DNA from: Eledone cirrhosa
Taxonomy: Eukaryota
Assembly (NCBI GenBank): GCA_964016885.1
Contig: OZ024748.1
Location: 4,712,001-4,776,000 of the forward strand
DNA: 64,000 nt
Direction of reading: 5' to 3'
Both the position numbers and the translations under genes were made by a program. The notes below the pieces were generated by a model. It had not been told where the DNA came from and ran no database searches. It saw only the letters and a list, made by a program, of their open reading frames with translations. Shown in pieces: positions 27,062 through 40,736 of the stretch. Numbering within the stretch: position 1 is the first letter of the stretch; the number at the start of each line of letters is the position of its first letter.

Positions 27062-27376
27062 ACATACATACATACATACATACATACATACATACATACA
27101 TACATACATACATACATACATACATACATACATACGGACATACATACATACATACGGACATACATACGGACATACATACGGACATACATACATACATACA
27201 TACGGACATACATACATACATACGGACATACATACGGACATACATACGGACATACATACATACATACATACATACGGACATACATACATACATACATACA
27301 TACGGACATACATACATACATACGGACATACATACGGACATACATACGGACATACATACATACATACATACATACA

Positions 27377-27408
<32 letters not shown>

Positions 27409-27920
27409 ATAAATAAATAACAAAGAACGCTTATAGCATATGCATATCTTTACTTGCTAACATTGTTTCATCCGCACTATAAGTGGATAAGTGGAGTGTT
27501 ATACAACCCTGATCCTTTCCCTAGCATACATACATACATACATACATACATACATACATACATACATACGGACATACATACATATATATATAGTCTACAA
27601 ATGGCTGCGATAGCTGGCACCTTCAAAATATGCAAAACATTCTTGCGATTCAAGGGATGACAATTTCTTTTCTTTTACAACCTTGCCACCAGGAAGGTGG
27701 CCGGTCAAAAAAATATACTCGAAATTAAGAGAAAGAGAAAACATACATACATACATACATACATACATACATACATACATACATACATACATACATACAT
27801 ACATACATACGGACATACATACGGACATACATACATACATACATACATACGGACATACATACATACATACATACATACATACATACATACATACATACAT
27901 ACATACATACATACATACAT
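27062..27920. repeat. (CATA)n arrays with interspersed CGGA variants, interrupted by retroelement ends
   Basis: Visible arrays at 27062-27405, 27525-27583 and 27742-27920. Confidence 0.95.
27593..27741 (+). mobile_element. RLE LINE 3' end in (CATA)n
   Basis: LQMAAIAGTFKICKTFLRFKG* resembles the C-terminus of the 2749-3290 element. The 3' UTR runs directly into (CATA)n. Confidence 0.65.
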
Positions 27921-28052
27921 GTCTGTCTGTCTGTCCCGAACACTTTGGTAAATATTGATTTTCTGATGTGTTAAGATTCTTACCGGAATCCCGAGAGCTG
28001 CGAAACGGGGCGAGAAAATGAGAGAAAGAGAGAGCGAGAGAGAGAGAGAGAA

Positions 28053-28109
<57 letters not shown>

Positions 28110-28613
28110 AGTTACATTGGAAAGTGAATATGTAATATCACAAGTTTAGTGTCGTGTCGAAAACAGCTGGCGGACGAGGAGATTGATGCGTAGAGGATTG
28201 TGCATGTGTGTGTACTTGTCTCTCCCCCCCCTCTCTCTCCCCCCTCTCTCTCTCTCTTTATATATATATATGTGTGTGCGTGCGCGCATAAATACATACA
28301 TGTATATATATACATACATACATATACACACACACAACACACACATACACACAAACACACACACACACGCACACGCACACACACACACACACGCACACAC
28401 ACACACATATATATACAGTATATATTGTTATACTTGGGGAGGGTCATATTGTTGTAATAATATTGCCAGAAATAATAACAGAACACACTCACTGTTTGGT
28501 TGGTTTTCGCTGCTGTATTTTTTATATCTCCATAGTTAATTTATTTGGCAATCAACGTTTATCATATATATATGTATGTGTGTATGTGTGTGTTTTTTTG
28601 TGTATATGTGTAT

Positions 28614-28656
<43 letters not shown>

Positions 28657-28722
28657 ACGCACACACACACACATATATATATACGCGTACGTACATAGAT
28701 CCATTTATCCATATATATATAA

Positions 28723-28764
<42 letters not shown>

Positions 28765-28902
28765 AATATAGACATAGAATATTCGAAAATATTCTGTATG
28801 TTTATAATAAACATTTTGAAGACCTAATTTCGAATATTCTATGTCTATATTCACATATATATCGCTATTTCAGAGCATTTATTCCAATATATATATATAT
28901 AT

Positions 28903-29082
28903 ATAACGAAGGAAATGTGGTAAGGAAAGCTGGACCATAACGCACCAAAATACTCAATACTTAGGGTAGTAGAGTGGGTAATAGGAACGAGTAGGACCCC
29001 GACGGCTGAGTTCAAGCCGTTTCGACGGCTAATTCTGGACTGCTAATTCAGTCTAGAATTAGCCGTCGGGGTCCTACTCGTT

Positions 29083-29086
<4 letters not shown>
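28903..29086. mobile_element. Family A head-to-head pair in (TA)n
   Basis: 28903-29041 minus copy and 29049-29086 plus copy, the latter with a deletion between the two AGCCGTC direct repeats. Confidence 0.75.
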
Positions 29087-29132
<46 letters not shown>

Positions 29133-29136
29133 CGTG

Positions 29137-29218
<82 letters not shown>

Positions 29219-29633
29219 CGTGCGTGTGTGTGTGTGTGTATGTGTGTGCGTGTGCGTGTGTGTTAGTATATTTATGTTTGTGGTCAAACATAGAGAAACA
29301 TAGAGGGTGAAAGAATTGAAAGAACGAACTAGATAGATAATAACTGCGCTGGTATATCCCAGGGACGCCATCATCATGAGATACAATATTTGAATGATCT
29401 CTAGTATTTTTAATGTCATGCTTATTAATAATATTTCATTTGATGAGGTCATTACTTAATGTATTCTGTTAACTACCTTTAATTAATTAAAACGAGAAAC
29501 AAATATCTTCTTCTTCTTCTTCTTCTTCTTCTCCTTCTTCTTCTTCTTCTGCTGCTGCTGCTGCTGTCTGTAGGAACAACTTAAGACAATGCAGTAGAAG
29601 TGAACCTTGTTTATCATTCAACATAACTAAAAT

Positions 29634-29816
29634 AATTGTTTCCTCATTTGGCACAAGGCCAGCAATTATCCCAATGTATTACTGGTACTTTATTTTATCG
29701 ACCCCGTATGGATGAAAGGTAAAGTTAACCTTGGCGGGATTTGAACTCAGAACATAAAGGGACGTAACTATGTTGGAAAGCATGGCGTCCGACCCTCTAC
29801 TGATACTGCCAATTCA
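29634..29816 (-). mobile_element. SINE
   Basis: Same family as 46631-46818. Confidence 0.88.
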
Positions 29817-30473
29817 ATGGACATATTTCGATCTTATTAGATCTCTTCATTTTCTTATTTTACTCTAGTCTAGTTTTCTCTCTTGTATTCCTAACATGAT
29901 TCATACAATTTACCTAAATTTACATATTACTCAAGATACAACCACAACAACAACAACAACACTACTACAACTACCTCCAACGCCAATGACGCCGCAGCAA
30001 GTTACTCAATAATAGATAGATAAACATGCAGACCTTAGCCTCTATTATAAATGAATGGGATTGTTAATGCGAGTAGTAGTAACTAGTTTATGAATGACAT
30101 GTAACGTAAGAGGGTGATGTTACGAGAATAAGACAACGTTGTTATGAATGACATTAACAAATTTATATTGTTCATATATAACAAGAGGTATACTATGTTA
30201 ACTTTCATAATATTACCAACTGTAAAAAAAACATAACTTAAATGTCATTGTAATTCTGGAGGGACTATGAAAATAAACAAATACGGTTATTATGTTTCAT
30301 ATCTTTAGAAAAACATCTACTAAATCACTCTTTTGGTACACACACACACACATGCATACACACACATATATATAGAGAGACATAACTTTGGGTATATACA
30401 CGAATGTATATATATATATATATTGAGAGAGAGAGAGAGGGAGAGAGAGGAGAGAGAGAGGGTGAGAGAGAGA

Positions 30474-30547
<74 letters not shown>

Positions 30548-30552
30548 AAGAC

Positions 30553-30664
30553 AGAAATGGCTTCTACAGGACTAGAACTGTTTCATTCGAAGGAAATCAT
30601 TAGGAAAGCTTTCCTGGAGATTTCCTTCGAATGAAACAGTTCTAGTCCTGTAGAAGCCATTTCT
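30553..30664. repeat. 112-bp near-perfect palindrome with HHR-like degenerate cores
   Basis: 46-bp perfect arms centred on AGGAAAGCTTTCCT. Each strand reads CT(GG/AA)(A/T)GA-TTTCCTTCGAAT-GAAACAGTTC. Confidence 0.75.
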
Positions 30665-30759
30665 ATATTAAATATTTATACTCTGCTATGTATTGAGTAC
30701 CTTACTTACTGTGGTTACCCCCGACTGAACCCGGGACTCACACACACACATACACATAT

Positions 30760-30856
30760 ATATGAATAAGTGTCGATTAAGTGTCGGGATCCAATCGTCT
30801 GATCAAACCTGAGCTGATCGATATCGAAATAGTTGTAATATGCAATAATGTTTCAG
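30760..30856 (+). mobile_element. Family G element, core-mutated copy of the 33676-33763 ribozyme
   Basis: GTGTCGATTAAG..CTGAGCTGATCGATATC-GAAATAGTTGTA-ATATGCAATAA, with CTGAGGA replaced by ATGAATA. Confidence 0.75.
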
Positions 30857-30902
30857 AAGAAGCTGTAAATCTGATTTCCTATTGCCACTCTCTCTTTCTC
30901 TC

Positions 30903-31049
<147 letters not shown>

Positions 31050-31130
31050 TTTGTTGATTATCATTCAACAAAGTTAATTTTATAACAGATTTGAAGCACT
31101 CTACACATTTTATCTGGAGTATTATTAATA

Positions 31131-31552
31131 TTAACAATATTAATAAATGTAAAATATCTTTATAATAGCATATTTATTTCATTATACGTATTTCAAGGAC
31201 ACACATTTTTAGTTAACGAGCTTATACTATTAAGTCTACGCGAAGGAATGTCAATATCTTAACACCAATTGGCAGTATCGGTAGAAGGTCGGACGCCATG
31301 CTTTGACGCATAGAGTTACGGCCCTTGCCATTCTGAGTTCAAATCCCGCTGAGGTTTACTTTGCCTTTCATCCTTACGGGGGTCGATAAAATAAAGTACC
31401 AGTAATGTACTGGGTAATTGCTGGCCTTGTGCCAATAGTAGAAACAATTATACTTTATCTGATGAAAGCACATTAAAATGTTGTGTCCTTGAAATACGTA
31501 TAATAAAATAAATATGGTATTATAAAAATATTTTCCATTTATTAATATTGTT

Positions 31553-31610
<58 letters not shown>

Positions 31611-31847
31611 GAGGTTATATTTAATTTGTTGGGATTCAACAAGCTTAAAATTTTTTAACTGATATAAAGCACTCAACAGATTAGTGGAGTAAATATTCAA
31701 TATATTAATAAATGGAAACTATATTTATTAAATCTGTATTTTATCTGATGAAAGCGCACCATAATTTGGCTTGGTTGCCCTTGAAATATATATATAATAA
31801 AATAATTATGGTTTTATAAATATAGTGTCCATTTATTAATATATTGT
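31131..31847. mobile_element. Family C HHR-like elements: two head-to-head pairs, the first split by a SINE
   Basis: CTGATGA-AAGCACA..TGTGTCCTT-GAAATACGTA at 31459 and CTGATGA-AAGCGCACC..GGTTGCCCTT-GAAATATA at 31745. Inverted partial copies at 31131-31210 and 31698-31733. Confidence 0.6.
31268..31450 (+). mobile_element. SINE
   Basis: TTGGCAGTATCGG..GAGTTCAAATCCC..GTAGAAACAATTA. Confidence 0.9.
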
Positions 31848-32909
31848 ATATATAGAGTTATATATAATTGTATTTGTATGTTCATTTGTTTGTCTACAAA
31901 CAGACCCAATCACCGTGTAGAACAATACGGCATATGCTTCATCTGTGTAAGACAGAATATATGGGGATGGATAGGGGTTAGATATTTTGTGTCGGGTAGA
32001 GTGTATGACGATTATGGAGTTACGCTGGGGTGAGAAAGAGGTGACGGAGTCATAGTGAGACGCTATGACGGGGTGGATTTGAATCGAACAAATTAGTGAA
32101 CAGAGCCACTTGATAGGTATAAGGGTGTCAATGGGTGGACTTGGAAGAGGATGGTGCCTGACATAGGTAGAGAAGAGGGTGGAATCGGGTGGAGGAAGGG
32201 AGTTGGAGCTTAGAGTGAGGCCTGGAGGTTGCTGGCTGGGTGGGGGGGATTTTGTAGAGGAGATAGCATACATCATTGCAGATGAAATGGCGAGCTTCTT
32301 TGGGGAAACCTTCAGAGGTATGTATGCATGTGTGTGTGTTTATGAATATATGTGTGTATATATGTATGTAGTTAGGTATGTATACATGTGTGTGTATGTT
32401 TTATATGTATGGTGATAGAGAGGTTAGTTATGAGGTTGCTGGGGGGGGGGGGGTGATATTGCTTTTATCATTGGTTGTTGCTGTTGTTGTTGTTACTGTT
32501 GTGTGTGTTGTTGTTGTTGCTGAAAACTGGTCGTTTGCATTATAATATGCATTGTAGGGGCCTGGTGGGATTTCAGACAAATTAACCATGGCATCAATTT
32601 GATTGGGTTGTACGGGGGGTTTGACCCCCGACTGAAATAGTGAGTGGGGTTGGGCTTAAATGAGGTAATCTACGGTGGGTTATTGTTGTAGTTGTTGTTT
32701 AACCCAGGGTCAAACCTGATCGAATGTATCTGTAATCAAACGTGGGATTCAATTACCTAATATACGTTTTCAAGATGTCGAGTGTGATTTGAGGGGGATT
32801 TCGCTACTGTTTCTTACATGTCGAGTGATAAAAGCCACCAAAGTAGTTGATCGATTTGCTAGAAATAGCTGACAAATCACCCTCATGTCATAGTTTACCA
32901 TCTTTCATA

Positions 32910-33185
32910 AGCGTAGTGCAGTGTGATGTAGTGCAGTATGATATGGTGCAGTATTGTGTGGTGTGGTGTAGTACAGTAAGGTGGGGGTAATGTAGGGAGA
33001 TATTGTGCATGGTCTGGTATGATGTGGTGTGGTGTAGGATGGTGCAGTTGGGTGTGTTGTAGTGCGGTGTAATAGGGTATGGTGTGGGTTAGGATGGTGT
33101 AGTGTGGCGTAGGGTGGTGCGGTATGGTGTGCTGAAGGGTGGTGCAGTAGGGCATGGTGTGGTGTGCAGTAGGGTGGTGTAGTTT
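32910..33185. repeat. Degenerate pentamer (TGGTG/TAGTG) satellite
   Basis: Directly visible. Confidence 0.75.
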
Positions 33186-33426
33186 GAGATGAAACGTGAG
33201 CAGGGTGTATGGGTGGAGATATTTCTACCCAGCAGACAGCCGTGACAAAAACCCATAAGTCACCCGGGCGTCCCACGGCGATAACGTCCCTTTTCCGCCC
33301 ACCATTACTTTCACTTTCTCACAGCCCACTCCACTGCTCCTTTTAATTTGGTGTAATGCATAATATCAATGGGATATCACTGCACACTATACATTTCTTT
33401 CTTTCTTATATGTATATCTCTCTCTC

Positions 33427-33458
<32 letters not shown>

Positions 33459-33505
33459 CAGAGAGAGAGAGAGAGAGAGAGCGAGCGCGCGCGAGAGAGA
33501 GAGAG

Positions 33506-33574
<69 letters not shown>

Positions 33575-33588
33575 GTGTGTGTGCGTGC

Positions 33589-33639
<51 letters not shown>

Positions 33640-33675
33640 GGAAGTCAGATTTGCAGTTTGTTATGAAACTTTATT

Positions 33676-33763
33676 GCATATTACAACTGTTTCGATATCG
33701 ATCAGCTCAGGTTTGATCAGGCGATTGGATCCCGACTCTTAATCGACACCTCCTCAGATATGC
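33676..33763 (-). ncRNA. Type I hammerhead ribozyme, apparently intact (family G)
   Basis: GCAUAU-CUGAGGA-GGUGUCGAUUA..UGAUCGAUAUC-GAA-ACAGUUGU-A-AUAUGC. Helix I is 6 bp, helix II is 11 bp closed by G10.1-C11.1, helix III is short and near-palindromic, and the cleavage triplet is GUA. AATAAA follows immediately. Confidence 0.8.
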
Positions 33764-33814
33764 GTGTTTACATGGGTGCTCCCTTCCAAACTGTTGACAG
33801 ATGTCCCGTGTTCG

Positions 33815-33861
<47 letters not shown>

Positions 33862-33907
33862 AAAAAATTACAAGAAAAGAAGCAGGTTGTGTGGTTACTA
33901 TAAACAA

Positions 33908-34085
33908 AGTGTAAGATGGTAATATGGACGTAAACAAGAGAAGAAAAGAAGCCCTTCATCAGCTGTTGACTGCGGATCCTAGATATTTCGGCGCTGAAAA
34001 TGCCGAAACGTCTATGATCCGCAGTCAACAGCTGATGAAGGGCTTCTTTTCTTTTCTTATTTACGTCCATATACCAGCTTACACT
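33908..34085. mobile_element. Head-to-head palindrome centred on an HHR remnant
   Basis: ~84-bp arms. The centre reads CTGAAAAT-GCC-GAAACGTC. Confidence 0.65.
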
Positions 34086-34258
34086 AATATATATACAGTA
34101 TATATGATTTGATTGGTATTAGTATTTAGAGTTATAAAGATTTTCAGTTGGTGTGTTCCTATGTATAACTTAATCAGTTTATCCCTCTTCACTGTATCCT
34201 CTTTCCTATGATTGTGACATAAAAATGAAGATATATAGGGGAGTATACATACCCACAA

Positions 34259-34322
<64 letters not shown>

Positions 34323-34365
34323 CACACACACATTTAGAATTTATATTAAGATTTTATTTACGTCC

Positions 34366-34481
34366 TTACAACTTGAACACGCTGCTTCAGCAAAGTGTCT
34401 ATAATATAGACTTCATCAAACATAATTCTGATGAAGCTTAACGAATAAGCGCTTTGCAGAAACAGCGTCGCCATATTGTAA
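34366..34481. mobile_element. Family D HHR-like head-to-head pair
   Basis: Plus CTGATGA-AGCTTAACGAATAAGC-GCTTTGCA-GAAACAGCGTC. Minus TTGATGA-AGTCTATATTATAGAC-ACTTTGCT-GAAGCAGCGT. Confidence 0.6.
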
Positions 34482-34799
34482 AAATACAAATGTATACACA
34501 TCTCTCTTTCCATCTCTTTATGCGTGTGTGAGGGTATGTATATGTGATTATGTCTGTGGTAGCGTGCCTGTGTGTGTATGATTGTGTCAGTGATTGCATG
34601 TGTGTGTGATTGTGTGTGTACTTACGTGAGTGTGTGTGTGTACATTCCCAAATATCAAAGCAAATTTATATATATACATCTGATTTAAGATAAAGAAATC
34701 AGCAATTAGTAATTATCGCATCGTATTACTGAACGGAATAGAAACGTTATTTGATTGGTTGGTAGATTACATAATGTTAATAAGTTAATAAGTTTCAAA

Positions 34800-34935
34800 A
34801 CCAATTAGCAAGCAAGTTTAAGATAACAAGGTTCTTTAAATGCAGAAGATCAGCAGGAGGTTTAGAAATGTTCATCAAATCATCGGCGTGAATCAGTTGT
34901 ATGTAACGAATCATTACGAAACCGTCTCGATATTT
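34800..34935 (-). pseudogene. Possible decayed LINE RT fragment
   Basis: IQLIHADDLMNISKPPADLLHL resembles the RT YADD motif and the following helix. Confidence 0.35.
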
Positions 34936-35015
34936 TAATACACATAGGCGTCTGCTACTAGACATCAGACGTGATAAATACCTCATGTTCACACACAGTT
35001 CTTTATTATTATTAG

Positions 35016-35168
<153 letters not shown>

Positions 35169-35799
35169 GAAGTTGGAAATAGCACGGGAAATATATTTAA
35201 GGGTCTGTTTTTATTTTTTCATCCATTCTTTGATTCGTCAATATATATATATATATATATGTATGTATGATTGTATGTATGTATGTATGTATGTATGTAT
35301 GTATGTATGTATGTATGTATGTATGTATGTATGTATGTATGTATGTATACTAACATATGTGTGTGTATCTATGTAAGTATGCGTGTGTGTATTTATTACA
35401 GTGCTGTTTGTGTGGGTTTGTTTATAATTTCTTAATTATAGCAATAAAAACAACAACAACCACAACAACAAAAAAAGATGAAAAATTCACGATAAATGAA
35501 AAATTAAAATATCACAAAGAGACTAAACATGTGTTTGTCCTAATTTGGGAAGTGTTAGAGACTTCAAAGTCAGTAATCAGTCTTCTTCGTAAATCTAGAA
35601 TCTCCAATTCTCAAAAGACCGGATGTTAGCACCACTTGCTACACTGTCATATCAGAAGAGTTTTCACGCATGCTCAGACTTAGAAATTTTCCAGCTTCTC
35701 CCAGATAAGCACTAGACAGAAACGGGCATTTTTCATTTGTCAGCAAAAATGAAATATTTCTCGTCTGATATATACATTTAAATTATGGTCTTAATCATG

Positions 35800-36520
35800 G
35801 GTTCTGAGTTAGACACAAGGCAAGCGATTTGGTTGTTGGAGAAGTCGATTAAATCGACCCCAGTGCATTACTGGTACTTAATAATAGTTAGGGTGACGAA
35901 TTGACAGAATCTTAAGGGTATCGGATAAAATTCCTCCGCATTTGTTCTGGGATTCTTGGCTCTGTGTTCAAATCATACCAAGATCAACACTGGCTTTCAT
36001 AATTTTTGGGTCGATAAATAGAATTCCACTCCAGTCACAGAGGATTGGAGGATTATTAAAATGTTGTCACGTGGGGTGGGATACTTTGTGCCATCCCACC
36101 ACCCCCTGCTAAGAGTTGCAACTACCTGTTAATATCAGCAAGAGAATGACTAATGAAACAAGATTTCCTTCTTTCCTTTCGTTAAGAGCAACGGTTCCTC
36201 ATTTAAACAGAAGGCCAATAAATTAGGGGGGGGGGAGCGGAAAATCAATGATATTGTCGCATGTACTTTATTGGTACTTTAGTTTATAGACCTTGGCGTC
36301 CGATCCTCTACCGATACTGCCACGTTTTTTTAATTTAGGCACAAGGCCAACAATTTTGAAGAGGAGGGAAAAGTCGATTAAATAGTACCTAGTGAGTTTC
36401 TGGTACTTAAATTTATCAGCCATGTTGGAATGAAAGGCAAAGCTAAACTTGGCAGAGTTTGAACGCAGAACGTAGGGGAGGTAAATATATGTAGTTAAGA
36501 ATGCTGGCCGATGCTCTACC
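35800..36520. mobile_element. Cluster of degenerate SINE fragments
   Basis: SINE tail, core and head pieces at ~35800-35880 (-), 35890-36020 (+), 36210-36322 (-) and 36335-36520 (-). Confidence 0.7.
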
Positions 36521-37156
36521 TCCTCGTTTCTTTGATAAATCTTTATTTATGAGGCCCTGAAGCTTACTATTAGCCTCAAACCAGGGTTTCACTGTAGCAG
36601 AAATAGCAATCACAAACATCTGGTTAAACAGACACCTTTAAAATAAAGAATACCAGTTATAAACGATGCTATCATTGGAACTTCTAAGTAGTTATTTTAA
36701 ACGTTATGATTACGAGACCAAAAGGAAGAGTGTATCCTCAGATATAAATGGAGTTCGAAACCGGTGAAAGTAAATTTAATTTTCAATCCACGAAGATGTG
36801 ATGAAAGAATAAAATAAAGATGTTTGTTTACATCTGTTCAGCCAATGTATTGCCGCGAGGGCTAAAAATATTGTACTACTTTATATACACGCAAGTACAT
36901 TTCTATTAGACAACAGTGTATTAAAATACATATATATTTATATATGAAGCTATATATATATATATGTATATGTATTAGAATGTATATATATATATGTAAA
37001 TGCATTAGAACCACACATTTATAGAAACACATGCGAACGCCACACATAGGAACGCACACACACTCTCAGAACTATATATACACACACAAACAAACATTCA
37101 TTTTATACATAAGTACATACATACAGAGAGACTGACATATACACTTATTCATTTAA

Positions 37157-37263
<107 letters not shown>

Positions 37264-37511
37264 AGACAGAGAGAGAGAGAGGTAGATAGATAGATATATA
37301 GGCTCGTGTGTTCAGACACGGCATCTGGAGAATATCCACTAGTAATTTCTAAATTTTACACTTTTTCTCTAATTTAAGGTTCTCTGCTCCGTGTGACCTT
37401 TGACCTGTACAACTGTCACGTAGTTTTAGATTTGTCATGGAAACTAATTTATGTCTAACTACAGAAAGGTATTAACTATCCTACTCCGCATTTACTGCTC
37501 TCTCTCTCTCT

Positions 37512-37605
<94 letters not shown>

Positions 37606-37618
37606 GTGTGTGTTTCTC

Positions 37619-37653
<35 letters not shown>

Positions 37654-37701
37654 GTGCATATATATAATATACACACACACATATATTCTATATATATTAT
37701 A

Positions 37702-37884
37702 GTGGATTGGCAGTATCAGTAGAGGGTCGGACGCCATGCTTTCCAGCATAGTTACGTCCCTTTACAATCTGAGTTCAAATCCCGCCGAGGTTGACTTTGC
37801 CTTTCATCCTTACGGGGTCGATAAAATAAAGTACCAGTAATGCACTGGGTATTTGCTGGCCTTGTGCCTAAAGTAGAAACCATT
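37702..37884 (+). mobile_element. SINE
   Basis: Near-consensus copy. Confidence 0.92.
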
Positions 37885-37944
37885 ATATATGCGTGTGTGT
37901 GTGTGTCTGTATATATATATATATATATGTATTATATATAATAC

Positions 37945-38018
<74 letters not shown>

Positions 38019-38271
38019 ATATATATATATACACACACACAATCACACACCCTCTGTTTCTGTCTCTTAATCTCCTTACTTCTTACCCCCTGTCTCACCC
38101 TCTACACCCTCTTCTTGGAATTCTACATACATCTGTCTAATCGATTAGTCGATCATGAAAGTATCACCGTTTGTCTCCTTCTGTATATTACGGCCACGGC
38201 TTTTACATGGATTGATCAATACATATGACTGGTTGATGGCCATCTTGCAGTCGTATATATATATATAGTTT

Positions 38272-38402
38272 GCATCTAGCTGTTGAGACGGCAGGAGCTC
38301 AGCCGTCGGGTGCTGAATCTTTTCATATTAACCACTCTACTACCCGAACTATCGAGTACTCTTGTGAGTAATGGTCTAAGTGGTTTTTACCGCCTCTAAT
38401 CT

Positions 38403-38405
<3 letters not shown>
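38272..38405 (+). mobile_element. Family A element
   Basis: CTAGCTGTTGAGACGGCAGGAGCTCAGCCGTCGGG..CACTCTACTACCC..GAGTACTCT, between TA tracts. A further minus copy lies at ~38742-38835. Confidence 0.65.
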
Positions 38406-38454
<49 letters not shown>

Positions 38455-38466
38455 GTATGTTTTAAA

Positions 38467-38563
38467 TTGCCTTGTCTGACGAACGAATGAGGACGTTCCT
38501 TGTATTCGTCGTATTCGGGAAACCTCTGGTAATGAGGTAATTATATTGTATTGTTTATTATAC

Positions 38564-38567
<4 letters not shown>
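38467..38567 (+). mobile_element. Family B HHR-like element
   Basis: TTGCCTTGT-CTGACGA-ACGAATGAGGACG..CGTCGTATTCGG-GAAA-CCTC-TGGTAAT-GAGG-TA-ATTATATTG, ending in (TA)n. Confidence 0.7.
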
Positions 38568-38625
<58 letters not shown>

Positions 38626-39906
38626 TATAGATATATAGATATAGATATAGATATATAGATATATAGATATATAGATATAGATATATAAATATATATATAA
38701 CTGGATGGATTCACTTTGAAAGTAGTTAGAACATTACTCAAAAGATTATTCGATACTTGGACTAGTAGAATAGTGCAATATTATAAGGAGTCGGTAGCCG
38801 AGGGCTGAGCTCTTGCCGTTTCAACAGCTAATTTCTCTTTTATATGGATGGCTTTAATCTCCTGTTGATGTATGTGTTTTCGGCTGTATAATTCGAACTA
38901 CATCATATATGGTTATTTCTATCATCTATTACATATTTGTGGTTACCTGAACAGATTTATTTAACATTTGTATTGCTCCAATCAAATGATAATTTAGGAA
39001 GTGTGTAGTGTTTTGGAAGACATTTTTTTTTACTAAATTCACTTCTATGATTAATCTGATCTAAAAGACCTCTTATTATACACGTTCCAATTGTTTCCTT
39101 TAGTTAATGTGATAAAATTACTGAAGAATATTCAATCCTCTTTCACTAACCACTGCCGGATTTCAACTCCGGACATAAACGAACTAAAGCACCTACTTTT
39201 TGTGAGTTCTAATTTCTACCATTTCTGGTAACAATACAAACTGCCAAAAATATATTAGTAAATGAAAACAAACGCAAAAAAAATATATATATAGAAAATA
39301 TAAAATATGGACGCATCCGTCTCTACCACTTCTGAAATATCGAAACATGGCAGACTTCATATCATTAATCAATGTTATATATTTATTTATTTATTTATTT
39401 ACATATTTAAGGGTGTTTCTCTTTTAAAATTGTACACTTTGTAAATTGGTATTAAATGGATGCAATATCATGATCACACAATAGTATTAGGTGTCATAGT
39501 ATCGAAGTAATCTCCCTTATCTTCGACACTTCAACTTCATTTCCTTTCATTTTTTTGTGTATTTTTGGTAGTCTCTTACATTCACTATTGCCTTAGTTTA
39601 GGGTTTGGTCTAAATGACATTTTTGTGTTTTGTTGTTGTTGATATTATTGTCTTCGTTTTACTATCGTTCTAATTTTCTTCTTTGTCTTTTTGCTATTGC
39701 TTCTGTTGTTGTTGTTGTTGTTGTTGTTGTTCTTGTTGTTGTTATCGTTATTGCTATATTTAATGTTTTTTTCTTGTTTATTTCTTCCTTCCCATCACTC
39801 AAAGTACTTAGTTTTATTTGGTAATTAGTCCATGTATTGTCACCAACATCTTGCACCCTTGTGCTTAAGAAAAGAAATCTTCAGCAGAATCCTCATCACC
39901 ATTCTT

Positions 39907-40005
<99 letters not shown>

Positions 40006-40592
40006 GGTGATTTCTTTCTACTCGATTTCAGTGTAAACCCTTTCTGTCCCTGTCTATTGTATTATCCCCCTTTTTGTTGGCCCTTGTGGCAAATAAAAAG
40101 AAATAATAATAATTATCATCATCATCATCATCATCTTCATCAGTATAGATATAATAATAATTCTTATTGTTGTTGTTATTATCATTATTTCGTATGCCAA
40201 TGCTAGAAATAATTTCTGTGGCGGTTGTTGTTATTTTTTTAGTTAAATTTCATGTGTTTATTGTGTTTTATTATTTTTTGGAAAAAAGTGCCTTAGTATA
40301 TTAGCATAATGAAGTATACACACGTGACCACTCACAATCAACTAAAAACAAAAAAAAATGCTTTCTTTATTTAAATAATCGTTTGGTTAATTAGCTTATA
40401 ATATATCATTTTGTTACCTGTGTTGTTGTTGTCGACGTTGTCGTCGTCGTCATTGTTGTTGCGATTGTTGTTGTTTTTGTTGTTGTTGCTGTTGTTGTTA
40501 TTGATGTTCTTCTTCTTCTTCTTCTTCTTCTTCTTCTTCTTCTTCTTCTTCTCATTTTATATTTTCTTCTTCATCCATTTCTTCTTCTTCTT

Positions 40593-40736
<144 letters not shown>

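Noticed and set aside
34795-34992. Leucine-rich-repeat exon (LLHLKNLVILNL)
   Set aside because: It is a single imperfect repeat with no splice support. HADDL fits a decayed RT motif better.
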